Shown here: one piece after another, positions 59,797 through 64,000 of the stretch
How the letters are laid out: each line of letters opens with the position of its first letter
Numbering within the stretch: the first letter of the stretch is position 1
NCBI GenBank assembly: GCA_036676395.1
Contig: JAKFCY010000002.1
Coordinates: 864,001 to 928,000 of the forward strand
Source: Bdellovibrio sp.
GTDB taxonomy: Bacteria; Bdellovibrionota; Bdellovibrionia; Bdellovibrionales; Bdellovibrionaceae
Direction of reading: 5' to 3'
Length of the DNA: 64,000 nt
Made by a program: the position numbers and the translations under genes
Notes under the pieces: model-generated
Database searches by the model: none
Seen by the model: the letters and a program-made list of their open reading frames with translations, nothing else
Told to the model about the DNA's origin: nothing

Positions 59797-60477
59797 ATGG
59801 AAATCGGAATTATAGGTTCAGGAAATATTGGGAGCATTCTTGCGAGTCATCTTACGAAGCTTGGTCATAAAGTATTTATCGCGAACTCGCGTGGCCCAGC
59901 CACTTTAGAAAAAGTAGCTGCCGAAACAGGAGCCTCGCCAGTAACTGTTGAAGATGCAGCAAAGGCGAAAGATATTGTGATCATAACAGTTCCTGAAAAG
60001 GCCATACCTAATCTGCCAATTGAGATCATTTCAAAAAGTTCTGCGATTATAGTTGATACGGGCAATTACTATCCAGCACGCGATGGACAGATTCAAGACA
60101 TTGACGGTGGTTTATCGGAATCAGAATGGGTAGAGCGTATGTTAAAGCGCTCAGTCGTTAAAGCATTTAACAATATTGTAGCGCCAAGTTTAGCTTCAAA
60201 GGCATCACCTGCAAAATCAGCCAGTCGTGTGGCTTTGGCTATATCTGGTGACAATTTACAAGCTAAGCAAAAAGTTTCGGAATTAATTAACGCCATTGGA
60301 TTTGATGTTGTTGATGCTGGTAAGCTTTCAGAATCGTGGAGACAGCAGCCCGGCACACCAGCATATTGTCGCGATTTAACTGCCAGCGAACTCAGATCAG
60401 CGTTGATGCAAGCAGAAGTGAAAAAAATTGATGATTATAGACATGAGGCCAATGAACAAGCACGTCCATATTTTTAG
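59797..60477 (+). CDS. NADP-dependent oxidoreductase (F420_oxidored family)
   Basis: IGSGNIG Rossmann motif, ANSRGP, VDTGNYYP.RDG, VKAFNNI, SWRQQPGTP. Confidence 0.88.
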   Translation: MEIGIIGSGNIGSILASHLTKLGHKVFIANSRGPATLEKVAAETGASPVTVEDAAKAKDIVIITVPEKAIPNLPIEIISKSSAIIVDTGNYYPARDGQIQDIDGGLSESEWVERMLKRSVVKAFNNIVAPSLASKASPAKSASRVALAISGDNLQAKQKVSELINAIGFDVVDAGKLSESWRQQPGTPAYCRDLTASELRSALMQAEVKKIDDYRHEANEQARPYF

Positions 60478-60511
60478 GGAGCTAAATGGCTCGCAAATAA
60501 GTTCTAAACTC

Positions 60512-60534
60512 GTCCCATTGAGTCCGCCATTTTT
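60512..60534 (+). repeat. Degenerate direct repeat of the tRNA-Asp 3' end (att-like)
   Basis: GTCCCATTGAGTCCGCCATTTTT vs GTCCCGTCAACTCCGCCATTTTT (59672-59694), 19/23. Confidence 0.7.
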
Positions 60535-60735
60535 TGATGGGTTAAAGTTAAGTACTTAATAAATCTATCGGATCTAAAATCATAAAAATTTTAAGAATCA
60601 GCAAGGGCCAAATAAGGGCCATCGGTGATTTTGGCTTATCTTCAATAGCAAAATCTACGACTCTAACGGCTTGCTTTAAATGAACATGGTTAAGATGCGC
60701 GTAATCCATTGCCTGATCTGAGTAGGAGTTTGCTT

Positions 60736-61557
60736 ATGGGCCCATTGGACGAAAATGAACTTGGAGATAAATTAAAAAGCAATTTATGGGAGCCAGATCC
60801 CAGATCTTTATGCTTTGGCATGATAACGCCAACCATTGATCGCTACATTGAATGGATGTCAAAAGCTAAGCTAAATAAGGAAGTGCCTTTAAGTGTGAGA
60901 CAGTATTTTGCCAGCGCTCGAAATACATTTATTTATTCATTTTACGATTATGGAATGAGTATGCCCGCGCAACTTTACGCTTTTTCAATCTTAGAGAATA
61001 CAATCAAGCGGCGATTTAAAGAGTTGAATATTCAATTTGACGATTCATGCGGCTTGGGAGTGATGTTTAAGTTAGCGAAGAAAGATAATTTTTTTTCCTT
61101 AGAAAGCTTTAATAATGATATTAATATACATGACCAGTTTCATAGATATATACATTATTGGGCGGATCACGGAAGCTCTACATTCATCTATAAAGAACCG
61201 AAGTGCTTCCCAGTAGCGTTTAAGTTTATCGATTATATAAGAATGCGGACCAATAAGTTGATAGCAACTACCCTTAGGCAAATAAAAATAACGGGTAGAA
61301 TTAATGAGTGTATGCATTCTATCGTTAACCGTTTTGCCCAACAAATAAAGTCGATGCTTAGATCAATTTCAAAATATATGTACAAAATTAGACAAAGCAA
61401 ACATCCCGAAAGTTTGCCTAAATTTTCAGGAAAGAGAAATCTTTTGGCTCATGGTCAAGAGATGATGGACTTGCCGTGGGAGGCATCTCATACAATATCG
61501 CTCTGTGCAAAAGGAATAAATAGTCTGTACCATCCAAGTGTTGAGAGCAGATTTTAG
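60736..61557 (+). CDS. HEPN-like putative ribonuclease
   Basis: Helical protein with a helix-2 Glu (AFSILE) and R-x4-H (KRNLLAHG); AGGAG RBS before ATG 60736. Confidence 0.6.
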   Translation: MGPLDENELGDKLKSNLWEPDPRSLCFGMITPTIDRYIEWMSKAKLNKEVPLSVRQYFASARNTFIYSFYDYGMSMPAQLYAFSILENTIKRRFKELNIQFDDSCGLGVMFKLAKKDNFFSLESFNNDINIHDQFHRYIHYWADHGSSTFIYKEPKCFPVAFKFIDYIRMRTNKLIATTLRQIKITGRINECMHSIVNRFAQQIKSMLRSISKYMYKIRQSKHPESLPKFSGKRNLLAHGQEMMDLPWEASHTISLCAKGINSLYHPSVESRF

Positions 61558-61562
61558 CTGTT

Positions 61563-62471
61563 TTAAATGGGTTTGATTTTAGTAATTTCCTCATTAATCC
61601 AGGCTCCAATGTGTGGGAGAAACTTATCTATCATTGCTAAGTGGTACTTAATTCTAATTCCAACAACTGCTTTAATGAGTGAAGTTTTTGTTCGGTGCTC
61701 AATTAAAATAGCGGTTAGCTTAGCAGAGCGTAGGGACTCATTATTTGTGGATAATTTTATATCTTGGGGAATTCCATAAATTATATAAATGCCGCAACCA
61801 CTCATGCCTTTCAAGGAAGGAGCTGTTTGCCAAGTGTCATTAATCACAATTTGAGTGTCGCCAGAAAGAGCTACATGTTCTGATTCATTCAATTTAAGTT
61901 TTGAATACTCATTAGAGTCGAGTTCGAAGAAGCTGCATACATCAATAGGGTTTCGATCAGATCTTTGATAAAATTTCGATCTGCTTGCTATAAATCCAGT
62001 AGCTATATGTAAATGAACACCAGTAGGTTGTGTTAAATCGAGGTGCTCTAAATTTAAAGCACAGCTTTTTATATCATCAGTTACTTGGTCTTTTTGTATA
62101 TGGAAAACTGCTGCATCGAGAGGGTCGTCTTGGTGCGTTCCAGAAGCTCCTTTCCCAGTGCTGAATCGATCTCCATTTAAAAAATGAAATTTGCCCTCGC
62201 AGCCTATGATTACTGGGTAATCTTTGTATTCCTCAATGGCGTGAGATGCTGTGAAAATAAAGTGCTCCGTTGAGAGCTTTATAAGGACCCCAGATGCAAT
62301 TTGTATAGGAGGATTTGATATACCTGGAGGTTTAGATAAATTTAATACGTAAAGTGGAACAGAGGCTTGAGGCATTTTTTTAAGTATATCTCTTGCGGCA
62401 CTAGCTCGGTTTTCAAGTTCTCCAAACATTTTTTTCAGTAAAGGGTGTTTTGGATTAAATTTAGACTTCAT
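61563..62471 (-). CDS. Cytoplasmic trypsin-like serine protease
   Basis: ASGVLI...FTASH (His), LDAAV (Asp), GMSGCGI (Ser); no signal peptide; start uncertain. Confidence 0.75.
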   Translation of the reverse strand: MKSKFNPKHPLLKKMFGELENRASAARDILKKMPQASVPLYVLNLSKPPGISNPPIQIASGVLIKLSTEHFIFTASHAIEEYKDYPVIIGCEGKFHFLNGDRFSTGKGASGTHQDDPLDAAVFHIQKDQVTDDIKSCALNLEHLDLTQPTGVHLHIATGFIASRSKFYQRSDRNPIDVCSFFELDSNEYSKLKLNESEHVALSGDTQIVINDTWQTAPSLKGMSGCGIYIIYGIPQDIKLSTNNESLRSAKLTAILIEHRTKTSLIKAVVGIRIKYHLAMIDKFLPHIGAWINEEITKIKPI

Positions 62472-62594
62472 TTTAACATTATAACTTCGGAGTGAATAAT
62501 TGCGAGAGTACTTTAAATTGGGGCAGTGTGTTTGAGTGTTTTGTGTAACAGCTTGCATTTTAAGCAACACCTTCGTTGTCAGTTTAATTATTAA

Positions 62595-63653
62595 GTGATT
62601 GAATACTCGAAGATGAGTGGGCCAACGACTAAAAATATATTAATTGATCCCAAGGATGTTAGCGTACCTCCAGAAATTAAAGAGGCCGCGATAATGGGGA
62701 ATTTAACCATCTTTGTTGGCAACGGAGTGTCTCGCCTATATGGCCTCCCATCTTGGAATGGTCTTGCTGATGCAATGCTAAAATCTTTAGTTAATAATAA
62801 GCAAATAAATCACAACACTCACGAATTATTATTAAAGTATCCAATAAAAACTAAAATTTCGATTGCCGATCGTTTTTTTAAGCAGAATTTAGCAACTGGT
62901 GCATATTCTGATATGTATTATGGTTCAATGTTGAAAGTCGATGAAGCCGTTAAAAAAAAGATTTTTACGTATAGTTTGATTGCGAAATGTGGCTGCAAAT
63001 TTATAACGACTAATTATGATTTATTATTCGCCGAAGCATTGAATGGAAACCTTGTCGAAACGGGAGATATTAACCGTGCCGACGTTGAAAATCAGGGATC
63101 GCAAGAAAAAATAGCTGTAAAGAAATCTCAAAGTTATGAAGTAATTAGTAGTCTTAACGATTTTTCCAAAACTAATGTTTTAGAAAAAAACTTTTTAGTT
63201 CATTTGCATGGTTCACTTAGTGATGAAAGTAAAATCGTTGCATCGACAGCTGATTATTTAAATTTATATAGTAATGAAGATAACAGAGATAAACTCACGC
63301 AGATTTTTGATAAGCAAACAGTAGTGTTTATTGGTTATGGGCTTGATGAGTTGGAGATCTTGGAATTCATTTTTAAAGCTGCTAACAGAGAAAGTGGTAG
63401 TCAGTTTTATTTACTGCTCTCACTATTATCTCATGAACTAGAAGTAATACAGCATTTAGAGCAGTACTATAAAGAACAGTTAAATGTCACATTGCTAACA
63501 TATTGCCGAGATCAAGAAGGTTATCTTGCATTGAATCAAGTCGTTGAGAACTGGGCAAAAGAGTTAGAAGGTTTGGTTCAATCTCCGAATCAACCTTTCA
63601 AATTTAGAGTACTGGAAGGTTTGATGAAAGACCATGAGAAGGCGGACTTGTGA
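62595..63653 (+). CDS. Stand-alone SIR2-like (SIR2_2) putative NADase
   Basis: IFVGNGVS..GLPSW, FITTNYD, HLHGS, VFIGYGL.E. Confidence 0.85.
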   Translation: MIEYSKMSGPTTKNILIDPKDVSVPPEIKEAAIMGNLTIFVGNGVSRLYGLPSWNGLADAMLKSLVNNKQINHNTHELLLKYPIKTKISIADRFFKQNLATGAYSDMYYGSMLKVDEAVKKKIFTYSLIAKCGCKFITTNYDLLFAEALNGNLVETGDINRADVENQGSQEKIAVKKSQSYEVISSLNDFSKTNVLEKNFLVHLHGSLSDESKIVASTADYLNLYSNEDNRDKLTQIFDKQTVVFIGYGLDELEILEFIFKAANRESGSQFYLLLSLLSHELEVIQHLEQYYKEQLNVTLLTYCRDQEGYLALNQVVENWAKELEGLVQSPNQPFKFRVLEGLMKDHEKADL

Positions 63654-64000
63654 AAAAAAGCCAGCTAGCAACGCAAATTATTGAAGTAATTTCCAAAGAT
63701 GAAAGTAGCTCGACTTATTTCTTTGGTAATTCAAAAGATCCAGATTTGTTTATTCCGTTAAAAGAAGCAGGTTTCTTTGATATCTCCAAAGTGCCGCCAA
63801 TTATTCGTATTGACGAGTCCAAATATAGATATCCTCAGTGGCCACAAAATCATTATTTAAAAATGGTCGCTCAAGCACTTCGAAAAAATGAAGAGGTGCG
63901 TAGCAAAAACATTACTAAGTTCTTAGAAACACTTCGAAATCTATACCCAATTGGAGACAATCAAATAATAGCGGATTTCGTGTTCGAGTGTGTCACTTTG
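63650..64000 (+). CDS. Hypothetical protein coupled to SIR2 (3' truncated by window edge; absent from the ORF track)
   Basis: GTG at 63650 overlaps the SIR2 TGA; open to the window end: MKKSQLATQIIEVISKDESSSTYFFGNSKDPDLFIPLKEAGFFDISKVPP...YPQWPQNHYLKMVA... Confidence 0.75.
   Translation, partial: MKKSQLATQIIEVISKDESSSTYFFGNSKDPDLFIPLKEAGFFDISKVPPIIRIDESKYRYPQWPQNHYLKMVAQALRKNEEVRSKNITKFLETLRNLYPIGDNQIIADFVFECVTL

Larger units (their letters stand above)
59690..64000. mobile_element. tRNA-Asp-anchored genomic island (left part; no integrase in the window)
   Basis: tRNA 3' repeat, short direct repeats with 11-bp spacing, switch to accessory/defence-like genes. Confidence 0.6.

Noticed and set aside
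59604..59837. 77-aa minus-strand ORF
   Set aside because: Antisense shadow of tRNA-Asp (AELTGLEPA is the typical tRNA reverse translation)
1884..61779. The many 60-120 aa ORFs nested in or antisense to long genes
   Set aside because: Shadow frames of well-supported CDSs, with no RBS or motif support
63635..63660. Programmed frameshift fusing SIR2 to the next ORF
   Set aside because: The A7 run lies after the stop, and the -1 frame is closed at 63635; GTGA coupling explains the overlap
59690..64000. Integrase, transposase or prophage genes for the island
   Set aside because: No recombinase or phage structural motifs in the window; mobility is inferred from DNA signatures only

Overview
Chromosomal window from a fairly AT-rich bacterium, most likely Bdellovibrionota. 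That assignment is inferred from gene content: bifunctional PutA, a slt-clpA-clpS-pilA-dnaJ-dnaK block, a SWIB protein, and many secreted lipoproteins and hydrolases. Positions 1-59.6 kb are mostly core or predator-type genes: kdpDE, dinB, an LTTR/yceI/ygiD/AKR cluster, putA, hslO, mutS2, lnt, S8 protease, Slt, clpAS, type IV pilin, dnaJK, purK-like, dus, radical SAM, map, ahcY and orn. After tRNA-Asp(GTC) at 59613-59689 an integrated accessory region begins. It has a degenerate copy of the tRNA 3' end, an RxxxxH (HEPN-like) protein, a cytoplasmic trypsin-like protease, and a stand-alone SIR2 translationally coupled to an unrecognised ORF that runs off the window; this is a candidate anti-phage module. 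The main non-coding signals are: (i) a recombination scar at 26.75-26.9 kb holding partial copies of both flanking genes, next to a gene bracketed by ~80-bp inverted repeats; (ii) many sigma28- and sigma70-like promoters 6-7 nt from start codons, suggesting widespread leaderless mRNAs; (iii) a recurrent TCTCA-N3-TGAGA palindrome beside sigma54/sigma28 promoters; (iv) a 47-bp dispersed hairpin repeat. No CRISPR array, rRNA, transposase or integrase was seen. All family calls come from motif recognition by eye, not from database searches.
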